Below, piece after piece: positions 1 through 9,556 of a DNA stretch of 64,000 nt. How positions within the stretch are numbered: position 1 is the first letter of the stretch; the number at the start of each line of letters is the position of its first letter. Origin of the DNA: an uncultured Methylomirabilota bacterium (GTDB taxonomy: Bacteria; Methylomirabilota; Methylomirabilia; Methylomirabilales; 2-02-FULL-66-22); assembly GCA_963845565.1 (NCBI GenBank), contig CAWJSJ010000005.1, positions 800,001 through 864,000 on the forward strand. The letters run 5' to 3'. The position numbers and the translations under genes were made by a program. The notes under the pieces are model-generated. The model saw nothing but the letters and a program-made list of their open reading frames with translations, did no database searches and was not told the origin of the DNA.

Positions 1-1
1 C

Positions 2-184
2 CCTGCTGCCGTGGGCCGGGAGGAGATCGACCGGCGGATTCGAGAGCGCGTTGGCGGGCCGCTCCGGTATTATGACGGCGAAACCCACGCCATGAGTTTC
101 TGTCTCCCGAAGCACGTGCGAGAGCAGTTGGCCGCGGAAAAGCGCATCATCGAGGACAATCATCCGCTCTTCGCGTTTCGATAG
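2..184 (+). CDS. speE: Polyamine aminopropyltransferase (spermidine synthase family), C-terminal fragment cut by the window edge
   Basis: Frame 2 reads ...EIDRRIRERVGGPLRYYDGETHAMSFCLPKHVREQLAAEKRIIEDNHPLFAFR*, resembling the SpeE C-terminal LRYY..e.H...F.LP motif; directly upstream of a basic amino-acid decarboxylase. Confidence 0.75.
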   Translation, partial: PAAVGREEIDRRIRERVGGPLRYYDGETHAMSFCLPKHVREQLAAEKRIIEDNHPLFAFR

Positions 185-193
185 GAGCCGGAC

Positions 194-1708
194 GTGGCTG
201 CCATCCCCGCACACCAGTTCCGTACGCCGCTCTTCGATGCGATGGTCAACCTGGCGGAGGCCAAGAAGGTCTCGTTTCATACGCCGGGCCACAAGAGCGG
301 CAAGGGCATCTCCACCCGCTTCCGAAAGTTCGTCGGCAGCAAGATCTTTGCGATCGACCTGACCACCCTGGACGAGGTGGACTGCCTCCAGAAGCCGGTG
401 GGCGTCATCAAGGAGGCGCAGGAGTTGGCGGCGGAGGCCCATGGTGCCGATCGGTCCTTCTTTCTGGTGAACGGCACCACCGTCGGCAATCACGCCATGA
501 TCCTCTCCACGGTCCTTCCCGGGGACGAGGTGCTGGTGGCACGCAACGCCCACAAGTCTATCCTGGCCGGGATCATCCTGAGCGGGGCCATCCCTCGATT
601 TTTCCTTCCCCGTTTTGACGCGGACCTGGGCATTGCCGTCAACGTCAGTGCGGAGGCGGCGGAGGCCGCCATGCAGGCGCACCCGCGGGCACGCGTGGTG
701 ACGGTGACGAGCCCGAATTATTACGGGATTGCCGCCGACACACGCGCCATCGCCGCCGCGGCCCGCCGTGAGGGGAAGATACTCCTGGTGGACGAAGCGC
801 ATGGTCCGCATCTGCACTTCCACCCCGCGCTGCCCACCTCGGCGGTGGATGCCGGGGCGGATCTCACCGTGCAGAGCACCCACAAGATCGTCGGCGGCAT
901 GACGCAGGCCTCTATGCTGCATCTCAAAGACGGGCGGGTGGACGGGGCCCGCGTTGCCGCGATTCTCCAGATGCTGCAAAGCACCAGCCCCTCCTACATT
1001 CTGATGGCCTCGTTGGATCTGGCGCGCATGCAAATGGCGACGGAAGGGCGGAAACTCCTGGCGAAGGCGATCGAACTGGCGGAGGAGGCGCGGGCGCGGA
1101 TCAACCGTATCGCCGGACTGCGGTGCCTCGACGCTGCGCAGGTCGAGGCGTGGGGGGATTTTCGTCTGGACGTCACCAAGCTCACCATCTCGGTGAAGGG
1201 GATCGGGTTGACGGGGTACGCCGCCTCCGGCCTCCTGAACACCGAGTTCGGCATCCAGGTGGAGATGGCGGATCTGTTTAACGTGCTGGTGATCGTGAGT
1301 ATCGGCGACCGTCGCGACGATCTGGACCGGCTGGTGACCGGGCTGGAGGGGTTGGCCCGCCGGTCCGCGACGACCCGCACGGGGCAACCCGCCGACATTC
1401 CCGCCGTTCCGCCCGTGCAGGAGGCTCGCCTGGCCTGTTCCCCGCGGGAGGCGTATTTCGCCCGTCATGCGCTGGTCCCACTGTCTCAGGCGGCGGGCCG
1501 CGTGAGTGCGGACATCATCACGATCTATCCTCCCGGTATCCCGATTCTGGTTCCAGGGGAAGAAGTCTCACAGACGGCCGTCGAATACCTCCAATTTCAG
1601 GGAGGGCGGGGCGCTCGGATCGACGGCGTCCTTGATCCCGCGCTTCCGTCCAACGGGGCGGCAGGGCCCGCCGCTCCGGAGCCGCAGGTCCGGGTCATGG
1701 CCGCCTGA
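194..1708 (+). CDS. Orn/Lys/Arg decarboxylase (PLP fold I, Bacillus SpeA-like), probably arginine decarboxylase
   Basis: SFHTPGHK, FFLVNGTT, RNAHKS, VDEAHG, QSTHK (PLP lysine), STSPSY and YPPGIP motifs. Confidence 0.9.
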   Translation: MAAIPAHQFRTPLFDAMVNLAEAKKVSFHTPGHKSGKGISTRFRKFVGSKIFAIDLTTLDEVDCLQKPVGVIKEAQELAAEAHGADRSFFLVNGTTVGNHAMILSTVLPGDEVLVARNAHKSILAGIILSGAIPRFFLPRFDADLGIAVNVSAEAAEAAMQAHPRARVVTVTSPNYYGIAADTRAIAAAARREGKILLVDEAHGPHLHFHPALPTSAVDAGADLTVQSTHKIVGGMTQASMLHLKDGRVDGARVAAILQMLQSTSPSYILMASLDLARMQMATEGRKLLAKAIELAEEARARINRIAGLRCLDAAQVEAWGDFRLDVTKLTISVKGIGLTGYAASGLLNTEFGIQVEMADLFNVLVIVSIGDRRDDLDRLVTGLEGLARRSATTRTGQPADIPAVPPVQEARLACSPREAYFARHALVPLSQAAGRVSADIITIYPPGIPILVPGEEVSQTAVEYLQFQGGRGARIDGVLDPALPSNGAAGPAAPEPQVRVMAA

Positions 1709-1808
1709 CGACACGACGCCGGAGACCGAGTTTCAAGTCAGCCCCCCCGCCCCGTGTCGCGTCCGACGGCGGGGTTGTTTCCTCCCACGCCTTTTTTGCG
1801 GAAAGGGA

Positions 1809-1836
1809 TTGCATTTTCCGCGCACCCTGGTATAGT
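1809..1836 (+). promoter_or_regulatory. Putative sigma70 promoter of secDF-recJ
   Basis: TTGCAT-16 bp-TATAGT with TG upstream of the -10. Confidence 0.5.
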
Positions 1837-1938
1837 GCGCCGGCAGTTTCGCCAGGGAAATCGTCGGTTGCGGGCTGAGGCTGGGGTGGCTCCGCTCCCC
1901 GGTCCCTTAGCCCGTGTGTCGTTCTTGGAGGCCGTCCG

Positions 1939-3540
1939 GTGCGAAAACGGATCCGCGGTCGCATCATCCTGTTACTGGTGCTCACGCTGCTCACGGGCTA
2001 TTACATCGTGCCGAGCGTCTTCCCCGTGGAGAGTCTCCCATCCCTCTTTCCCGGCATCCTGCCGCGCGCCGAGAAGGTGAACCTCGGTCTTGATCTGCAG
2101 GGTGGGATGCACCTCGTCCTTGAGGTGCAGGTCGAGAAGGCGGTGGAAAACGCGACCGACCGGTTGCGCGAGGAGGCAAAGCGGCTGCTCGACAAGGACA
2201 AAGTCGAGATTGCCCAGCTCACCCGCGAGGGCACGACCGGTATCGTCCTGAAGGTAGCGAAAGCGGGGGACCGGGACAAGGCGCAGAAGGCGTTGGGCGA
2301 GTTGGTCACGGTAGACAAGATCCCCGGCGCGACGCCCGACGAACTGCGGTTGACCTTGCAGCCGCGCGAAGTGAAACGGATCGAGGAGCTGGCGGTCCGC
2401 CAGAGCCTGGAGACCATCCGGAACCGGGTGGACCAGTTCGGCGTGACCGAGCCGCACATCGTTCCGGAGGGGGACCGGCGTATCGTGGTCCAGCTCCCCG
2501 GGATCAAAGACCCGCAGCGTGCCATCAACCTCATCGGCAAGACCGCGCTCCTGGAATTGAAGGCGGTGGACGACAGCCTCAATCCGGAGGAAGTGGCGCA
2601 GGGAAAGGTGAACCTTCCCCCGGATCTGCAACTGCTCTCGTTGCGCGAGGTGGACGACCGGCGGCAAACGGTGGGGAAGCGCCCCATCGTCGTCCGGCGG
2701 CAGGCGATCATCACCGGGGCCAATCTCACCAGCGCCGAGGTGCGGCCGGACGAGCAAGGGGGATGGCTGGTCGCCTTTGCGCTGGACAGCGAGGGGGGGC
2801 GGATCTTCGGCGACTTTACCGGTGCGAACATCGGCAAGCATCTGGCGATCGTGCTGGATGACACGGTGTTCAGCGCCCCGGTGATTCGATCCAAGATCGG
2901 TGAGGGCCGCGGTCAGATCGAGGGGAGCTTCACGGCCGAAGGGGCGCGGGATTTAGCCATCGTGCTTCGCGCCGGCGCTTTGCCCGCTCCGGTCCAGATC
3001 ATCGCGAACCTGACTGTCGGGCCGAGTCTGGGCCAAGACTCGGTGCAGAAGGGCGTGCAGGCGGCGCTCCTGGCGGCCGTTCTGGTGGTCGCCCTGATGG
3101 CGGTTTACTACAAGGTGTCCGGGGTCATCGCGGACTTCGCCTTGGTCTTGAATTCCATCATGCTCGTCGGCATCTTGGTGGCGATGCGGGCGACCCTCAC
3201 GCTCCCGGGCATCGCGGGCATTGCCTTGGGCATCGGGATGGCGGTGGACAGCAACGTCCTCATCTTGGAGCGCATCCGGGAAGAGTTGAAGCTGGGCAAG
3301 ACGGTCCGGTCGGCTATCGACGCCGGGTATGACAAGGCCTTCGTGACGATCGTGGACTCGCACGTCACCACGCTGATCACGGCGGCCGCCCTCTTCCTGT
3401 TCGGTACCGGGCCGATCAAGGGGTTCGCCGTGACCTTGAGCTTGGGGGTGGCGATCAACCTGTTTTCGGCCTTGGTCGGCACGCGGGTGGTTTACGACTG
3501 GTTGACGTCGCGTCGCGACTTGAAGACCTTGAGCATTTGA
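1939..3540 (+). CDS. secD: Protein translocase subunit SecD
   Basis: LGLDLQGG, RNRVDQFGVTEP, LRAGALPAP, VGPSLG, GMAVDSNVLILERIREE motifs. Confidence 0.97.
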   Translation: MRKRIRGRIILLLVLTLLTGYYIVPSVFPVESLPSLFPGILPRAEKVNLGLDLQGGMHLVLEVQVEKAVENATDRLREEAKRLLDKDKVEIAQLTREGTTGIVLKVAKAGDRDKAQKALGELVTVDKIPGATPDELRLTLQPREVKRIEELAVRQSLETIRNRVDQFGVTEPHIVPEGDRRIVVQLPGIKDPQRAINLIGKTALLELKAVDDSLNPEEVAQGKVNLPPDLQLLSLREVDDRRQTVGKRPIVVRRQAIITGANLTSAEVRPDEQGGWLVAFALDSEGGRIFGDFTGANIGKHLAIVLDDTVFSAPVIRSKIGEGRGQIEGSFTAEGARDLAIVLRAGALPAPVQIIANLTVGPSLGQDSVQKGVQAALLAAVLVVALMAVYYKVSGVIADFALVLNSIMLVGILVAMRATLTLPGIAGIALGIGMAVDSNVLILERIREELKLGKTVRSAIDAGYDKAFVTIVDSHVTTLITAAALFLFGTGPIKGFAVTLSLGVAINLFSALVGTRVVYDWLTSRRDLKTLSI

Positions 3541-3633
3541 TCGAGAGGGCGGAATCCGGGGCACCAAAGGCCCAGCCACGGGCAGGCAGCCCCACTGCTC
3601 CTGACTTCCGCCGCCGGCGGACAAGGGGACGGG

Positions 3634-4554
3634 TTGATCGTGGAAATTCTGGGGAAGACCAGTTTTGATTTTATCGGGAAGCGGTACATCGCCTACATGA
3701 TTTCCGGCCTGCTGGTTCTGCTCGGGGTCGTGGCGCTGATCCAGATCTCCCGCGGGGCGGCCAACATGGGGATCGACTTTGCGGGCGGTACGTCGATCCA
3801 GGTGAAGTTCCAACGGTCCGTGGACCTGGGAGCGGTGCGACAGGCGTTGAGCAAGAGCGGCATCCGGGACAGCGAGCCGCAGCAGTTCGCCGACGGCCGA
3901 AGCGTGATGATCCGGCTCAAGCGAAGCACGGCGGAGGCCGGCATGGCGCAGCAGGTGCAGGACGCTTTGCGCGCCGGGTTTGGCGACAACCCGTTCACCC
4001 TGGAGGCCTCTACGGAGGTCGGACCGGCCATCGGCAAGGAGTTGCAGAAGAAGGCACTCCTGGCGGTTGTGATCTCCCTCGCCGGGATCGTTCTCTACAT
4101 CGCCTGGCGGTTTGAGTTCCGATTCGGCGTGGCCGCCACGGTGGCGACCTTCCACGACGTCCTCGCCGTGCTCGGCGTCGTCTTCATCCTGAACAAGGAG
4201 ATCACGCTTCTCATCGTGACCGCCTTGCTCACCGTTGCCGGCTATTCCTTGACGGACACGGTGGTGGTGTACGACCGCATTCGAGAGAACCTCCGTGCTC
4301 GCCGCAAGGAAGCCCTGGGTGACGTCATGAACGCCAGCATCAACCAAGTGCTGAGCCGAACCGCCATGACCTCGCTCACGACCCTGCTGGCCGCCGCGGC
4401 GCTGTTTTTCCTCGGCGGAGAGGTCCTGCACGATTTCGCTCTGGCCCTTGTGCTCGGGATCGTGGTAGGGACCTACTCGTCGTGGTTCGTGGCCTCCCCG
4501 CTGATCTACGAGTGGCGCATCCGCAGCGAGGCCGCCCGTCGCCCGCGGCGGTGA
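3634..4554 (+). CDS. secF: Protein translocase subunit SecF
   Basis: GIDFAGG, VGPAIGKEL, FHDV, GYSLTDTVVVYDRIREN; follows secD; start could be GTG at 3640. Confidence 0.97.
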   Translation: MIVEILGKTSFDFIGKRYIAYMISGLLVLLGVVALIQISRGAANMGIDFAGGTSIQVKFQRSVDLGAVRQALSKSGIRDSEPQQFADGRSVMIRLKRSTAEAGMAQQVQDALRAGFGDNPFTLEASTEVGPAIGKELQKKALLAVVISLAGIVLYIAWRFEFRFGVAATVATFHDVLAVLGVVFILNKEITLLIVTALLTVAGYSLTDTVVVYDRIRENLRARRKEALGDVMNASINQVLSRTAMTSLTTLLAAAALFFLGGEVLHDFALALVLGIVVGTYSSWFVASPLIYEWRIRSEAARRPRR

Positions 4555-4566
4555 GGCGGAGTCTCC

Positions 4567-6306
4567 GTGACCGAATCAAAAATCGCGAGGCGCTGGCGGA
4601 TCGCCGACCAAGATGTTGAGTCGGCGGCTGCTCTGGGCGAGTCGCTTGGGGTGTCGCGGCTGGTCGCCCACCTCCTGATGCGACGCGGTTGTACCACCCC
4701 CGACCTCGCCCGTACCTTCCTGGACGCTTCCCCCGATGCCTTGCACGACCCGCGCAGCATGGCCGGGATGGCCTGCGCGGTGGAGAGGCTGCAGCAGGCC
4801 GTCACGCACCGCGAACCGATCCTGGTCTGCGGCGATTACGACGTGGACGGGGTGACGGGGATGGCGGTCCTGGTCGCCGGCCTGACCCACGCGGGTGCCG
4901 ATGCGACCTATGCGGTGCCGAACCGGCAAGAGCACGGATACGGCCTGCCGGCGAGCATCGTGGAAGAAGCGGCCGCGCGGGGCGTGCGGGTCCTGATCAC
5001 CGTCGATCACGGGATCACGGCCCATGCGGAGGTGGCCCTGGCGCGCGACCGCGGACTGGACGTGCTCATCTGCGACCACCACGTGCCTCCACCCACCTTG
5101 CCGCCCGCCACGGCCATCCTGAATCCTCGACAACCCGGCTGCGGCTATCCCTTCAAAGAGCTCTGCGGTGTGGGGATCGCGTTCAAGCTGCTCCAGGCAT
5201 TCTACGGAGCCGACGCGCGCGAGGAGTGCTGGCCGCTGCTGGACTTGGTGGCCCTGGGCACCATCGCGGACCTGGTTCCCATGGTGGGCGAGAATCGTGT
5301 TCTGGTGAAGCACGGCTTGGCCCAGCTGGCCGCCACGACCCGCCCCGGCCTTCGGGCCCTTGGCGAGGTGGCGGGGGTGTCTCTCTCGGACCCCGCCGGG
5401 GTGACGCCCGGGCGGGTTGCGTTCGGCTTGGCGCCCCGCATCAACGCCGCCGGAAGGTTGGACGACGCCACGGTCGCCGTCCGGCTGATGTTGACGACGG
5501 ATCCGTTCGAGGCCCGCGAACTCGCGGCGCAGCTCGACCGTCAGAATCGCGAGCGGCAGGAGTTGGAGAGCCAGGTTCTCACGGATGCCTTGGCGCGCAC
5601 CGCGGCGACCCACGACCTCGCGCGCGATCGGGCGATCGTCCTGGCGTCACCAGACTGGCATCCCGGGGTGCTGGGAATCGTGGCGGCGCGACTGGTGGAG
5701 CGGTTCGGTAAGCCTGCGGCGCTCATCGGCATGCAAGGGGATTACGCGCGGGGTTCGGTCCGGTCGGCCGGTGGTTGGCACGCGGCGGATGCCCTGGGGC
5801 GGTGCGCCGATCTGCTCACGCACTACGGCGGCCACCGGTCGGCTGGCGGCTTCTCGCTTGCGCCGGACCGCATCGATGCGTTCCGGGATCGTTTCCTGTC
5901 GCTCGCGGCGGCGGACCTCACGGACGAGGCGCTGGCGCCCGTCTTGGAAATCGAAGCCGAGGTAGCCCTGGACGACCTTGACCTGGACGTGGTGGACGAC
6001 CTGGCACACCTCGGCCCCCACGGTCTGGGGAACCCCGAGCCGGTGTTGGCCGCCCGGGGGCTCCAGGTGATGCGTTCCCCCCGGCGGGTTGGCCGGAACC
6101 ACCTGAAATTCAAGGTCCGCCAGTCCGTGTCCGGGCGACAGGTCGTCGAAGCCATCGGGTTCAATTTCGGCTCTTACGCCGAGGCGCTCGACCAGCCGAC
6201 CTCCCCGCAGGTGGATCTCGCTTTCGTACCGGAGCGAAACGCCTGGAACGGACGTGAAATCCTCCAGTTACGCGTGAAGGATCTCCACCTTCTGGATGAA
6301 ACCTGA
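4567..6306 (+). CDS. recJ: ssDNA-specific exonuclease RecJ
   Basis: GDYDVDG, ITVDHG, CDHH (DHH), GTIAD, PRINAAGR, GGH motifs. Confidence 0.96.
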   Translation: MTESKIARRWRIADQDVESAAALGESLGVSRLVAHLLMRRGCTTPDLARTFLDASPDALHDPRSMAGMACAVERLQQAVTHREPILVCGDYDVDGVTGMAVLVAGLTHAGADATYAVPNRQEHGYGLPASIVEEAAARGVRVLITVDHGITAHAEVALARDRGLDVLICDHHVPPPTLPPATAILNPRQPGCGYPFKELCGVGIAFKLLQAFYGADAREECWPLLDLVALGTIADLVPMVGENRVLVKHGLAQLAATTRPGLRALGEVAGVSLSDPAGVTPGRVAFGLAPRINAAGRLDDATVAVRLMLTTDPFEARELAAQLDRQNRERQELESQVLTDALARTAATHDLARDRAIVLASPDWHPGVLGIVAARLVERFGKPAALIGMQGDYARGSVRSAGGWHAADALGRCADLLTHYGGHRSAGGFSLAPDRIDAFRDRFLSLAAADLTDEALAPVLEIEAEVALDDLDLDVVDDLAHLGPHGLGNPEPVLAARGLQVMRSPRRVGRNHLKFKVRQSVSGRQVVEAIGFNFGSYAEALDQPTSPQVDLAFVPERNAWNGREILQLRVKDLHLLDET

Positions 6307-6493
6307 TCCGGAGCACCGGGTTGGCCGACACGCAGTGGCAAGCTCATTGTTGACTGCCAGATTACCGGACCGCGCGACCCCTTTGGCAGTCAGGGACATG
6401 GACCGAGCCCTGCAGTCTCTGGGAACCCCTCGGAAAATTTGACCGTTTTCTCGACGTGTTCTCATTCCGGAGAGCCCGGGTGTTCCTTTTTTC

Positions 6494-6521
6494 TTGACAA
6501 GGTTGGGCTCGCGGCTATAGT
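6494..6521 (+). promoter_or_regulatory. Putative sigma70 promoter upstream of gmhA
   Basis: TTGACA-16 bp-TATAGT. Confidence 0.65.
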
Positions 6522-6637
6522 TGCGCGATTGAGCAATCGCTGTTGGGACGCGACGTTGTGGGCGACGACGGCCCGGGGCTCTCGCGAAACTCGTGGTGAT
6601 GCCCTGTGAAACGACCCGCGGCGATCCGGAGGAACGA

Positions 6638-7243
6638 ATGGAAGAGCGTATCCGGGCGATGTTCGAGGAGAGCGCCGCGCTCACGCTGTCTTTCGGCAGG
6701 GAAAATGCAACACGCATCGCGGCAATGGCTCGACGCATGGCAGACGTGCTCCGAAGAGGGGGAAAAATCCTGTTCTGTGGAAACGGCGGGAGCGCCGCGG
6801 ATGCTCAACATCTGGCGGCGGAGTTCGTCAATCGGTTCCAGCGGGATCGACGCGCCTTGGCTGCCCTCGCTCTGACCACGGATACGTCGGTGTTGACGAG
6901 TATCGGCAACGATTCGGGATTCGATCGGATTTTCTCTCGACAGGTCGAGGCGCTGGCGCGGCGCGGCGATCTTTTGGTCGCCATCAGCACCAGCGGCAAT
7001 TCGCCCAACGTGCTGCGGGCGGTCGAAGCGGCACGGGACCTGGGCGTCGAGACCGTCGGCCTGTGCGGCGGCTCCGGCGGGGCGCTGGCCGCGGCGGCGG
7101 ACGAGGCCTTCGTCGTTCCCAGCGAAGCCACGCCCCGCATTCAGGAAACACATATGGCTGTGGGCCACGCCTGGTGCGCGTTGACTGAAGACCTTCTCGC
7201 CGGAAATTCTGCGGCGGCGGACGGAGCCACTCATGCCGGTTGA
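6638..7243 (+). CDS. gmhA: Phosphoheptose isomerase (SIS domain)
   Basis: CGNGGSAADAQHLAAE, ND.GF..IFSRQVEAL, STSGNSPNV, TPRIQETH; ATG at 6638 after GGAGG. Confidence 0.93.
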   Translation: MEERIRAMFEESAALTLSFGRENATRIAAMARRMADVLRRGGKILFCGNGGSAADAQHLAAEFVNRFQRDRRALAALALTTDTSVLTSIGNDSGFDRIFSRQVEALARRGDLLVAISTSGNSPNVLRAVEAARDLGVETVGLCGGSGGALAAAADEAFVVPSEATPRIQETHMAVGHAWCALTEDLLAGNSAAADGATHAG

Positions 7244-8344
7244 CGCAACTCGGGCCATTGATGGCGCGCCCCGGACAACCCAACGCCTCCTGTGCGGCGC
7301 CGTGGTGGGATGCCTGCTCCTCGGTCTCGCCGGCTCGGCGCTGGCGGTGCGGAACACGGGGACCACTCGGCACCGATCGAAATCACAGAGCCGTGCGACG
7401 GTCTCGGCACGCACGTACGCGCCGTTGCCGCCGGCCGTTGAATCGCTCGAATTGCCCAGAGCCGGGCTTCCGGCGGACACCGGCGGGATGCCTCGGCTCG
7501 GTGTGAACGCGGCCTCGGCCATTCTGGTGGACGCGAAATCCGGCGTTGTCCTGTACGAGAGGTATCCGGACGCACCCCTTCCGCCGGCGAGTGTGACCAA
7601 GATTCTAACCGCGCTCATCATCCTGGAGCGCGGCCGGCTGAGCGACACGGTCGTGGTCAGTCAGGCGGCCGCCCAGACGGGCGGACAACGGCTGGGGTTG
7701 CGCGCCGGTCAGCGCATCACGCTCGGCGGATCTCTTGGCCGCGCTGCTGATCCGATCGGCGAACGACGCGGCCGTGGCGGCGGCGGAACACGTGGGGGGT
7801 AGCCTTACCGGATTCGCGGCTCTCATGAACGAGACAGCCAAGGATCTGGGCATGGCCAGCAGCCGATTCGCCAATCCGCACGGTCTGGACGAGCCGTTTC
7901 ATTTCACGACTGCCCGAGACATGGCGACCCTGACCCGCGTGGCATTGGACAATTCGAGGTTCGCGGAGTTGGTCCGCGCGCGGCAAGCGCATGCTCACGA
8001 TCTGGAAGCCGGGTCGTCGGAATCTGGTGCCCCAGAACCGAATCGTGCTCAGCCATAATCGCCTCCTTGGCCAGGTCGCAGGGGCGGATGGGGTGAAGAC
8101 CGGGTATACCGATTCGGCAGGCCGCTGCCTGGTGGCGTCGGCCAGCCGGGGAAGCCACCGGATGATCGCCGTGTTGCTCAACGACCCGCAGCGATGGACA
8201 AGCGCGGCAGCACTGCTGGAGTACGGCTTCGGATCTGTTAGGGACGCCGCCCGCGCTCGGCCCGACGGCCAACCGTGGCTCGCCCTCCATGGCGAGGGGT
8301 GGCCGCGGCTCGACGCGCAGGCTCGTCCGGAGGAGCGCCCATGA
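7233..8344 (+). CDS. D-alanyl-D-alanine carboxypeptidase (peptidase S11), split by about 2 frameshifts
   Basis: SxxK (PASVTK) in ORF 7233, SxN (SAND) and FANPHGL in ORF 7735, KTG (GVKTGYT) in ORF 7991; frameshifts near 7725 and 7985. Confidence 0.88.
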
Positions 8345-9507
8345 AACGGATGGGGTGGGTCGGTCTGGGGACCTTTGTGTTGCTGGCCTGTTTCCTGCCG
8401 GCCCCGGCGGGTGCGGCCAACCCGCCGGCGCCGGCGCCGGGATCGCCGCTGGTCGCGCCAGAGGGGCCGTATGTGGTCAAGAAGGGCGATACGCTGTGGG
8501 GGATTTCGCGGGATCTGCTCCAAGACCCCCTGCTCTGGCCCCGGCTTTGGGAGCAGAACAGCTTCATCTCCAATCCGAATCTCATCTTTCCCGGCGATCA
8601 GTTGGTGGTGCCCGGGAAGGATCTGAACCCGGCCGCTCCTGTGGTCGAGGCGCCCGCGCCGGCCGCTCCGGCGCAGACGGTGGAGGCGCCGCCTCCCGCA
8701 CCGCCGGCCGCACCCGCACTGCCGCCGCCTCCCGCACCACCCGTGGCCGCCGTGCCGCCTCCCGCACCGGTAGAGGCGCAGCCCGCACCCGAACCGCCCG
8801 TGCCGCCGGCCAGTCGCCACGCCATGGTCTGTAGTCCCGGACTCGTGCCGGAGCAGATGGTGGACCGTGTGGGGATCGGGACTCTCGTGATGAGCTCCGA
8901 GGACCGCGTCATGCTCTCGATGGAGGACCGCGTCGTCGTCGGGTTGGATGACAACCGCTCCGTCAAGCCGGGCGATCGACTCTTGGTGGCGCGCGAGGGG
9001 AGGCGGCTGATCCATCCGCGCACGGGGCAGTCAGCCGGCCGCGTTCTCTACGCCGTGGGGTTGCTCGACGTGACGGGCGTGCAGGCTCGGGTCGTGCAGG
9101 CTCGCGTCAGCTACAGTTGCGGACCGATTGGCCTGGGCGATCGCGTGATGCCGTTTACGCCACTGCTCTTCCCCGAGGAGAAGACCCCGCAGCCGGCCCG
9201 GCGGTCGGTGAGCGGTATCGTCGTCGATTCACTCCGGGGCGAGCAGCTCATGGGGCTGCAGCAGATGGCCTTCTTGGATGTGGGTGCGGATCAGGGTGTC
9301 GCCCTGGGGGATGTCTTTGCACTTCAGCGGCCGAACCGTCCGGCCCCAACGGCGGCGGGCGAGATGCTTCCCATGCCGTCCGACCGGCTGGGAAGCGCGG
9401 TCGTGATTCGAGTCGTGGAGCGTTCGGTGACCGTCCTCCTGACGAGCAGCGCCCGGGAGATACGGGTCGGGGATCAGGCCGTCCTGAGCCAGCAGATCGC
9501 CCCCTGA
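8341..9507 (+). CDS. Exported LysM-domain protein with Pro/Ala-rich linker (TsaP-like)
   Basis: Signal peptide, YVVKKGDTLWGIS...WPRLWEQN..ISNPNLIFPGD LysM, Pro-rich linker, beta-rich C-terminus; upstream of dprA. Confidence 0.82.
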   Translation: MKRMGWVGLGTFVLLACFLPAPAGAANPPAPAPGSPLVAPEGPYVVKKGDTLWGISRDLLQDPLLWPRLWEQNSFISNPNLIFPGDQLVVPGKDLNPAAPVVEAPAPAAPAQTVEAPPPAPPAAPALPPPPAPPVAAVPPPAPVEAQPAPEPPVPPASRHAMVCSPGLVPEQMVDRVGIGTLVMSSEDRVMLSMEDRVVVGLDDNRSVKPGDRLLVAREGRRLIHPRTGQSAGRVLYAVGLLDVTGVQARVVQARVSYSCGPIGLGDRVMPFTPLLFPEEKTPQPARRSVSGIVVDSLRGEQLMGLQQMAFLDVGADQGVALGDVFALQRPNRPAPTAAGEMLPMPSDRLGSAVVIRVVERSVTVLLTSSAREIRVGDQAVLSQQIAP

Positions 9508-9556
9508 GGCGCGAGCGCGGGTCCGAGGCGACGCTCGAAACCTAGCGAGGAGGGCG

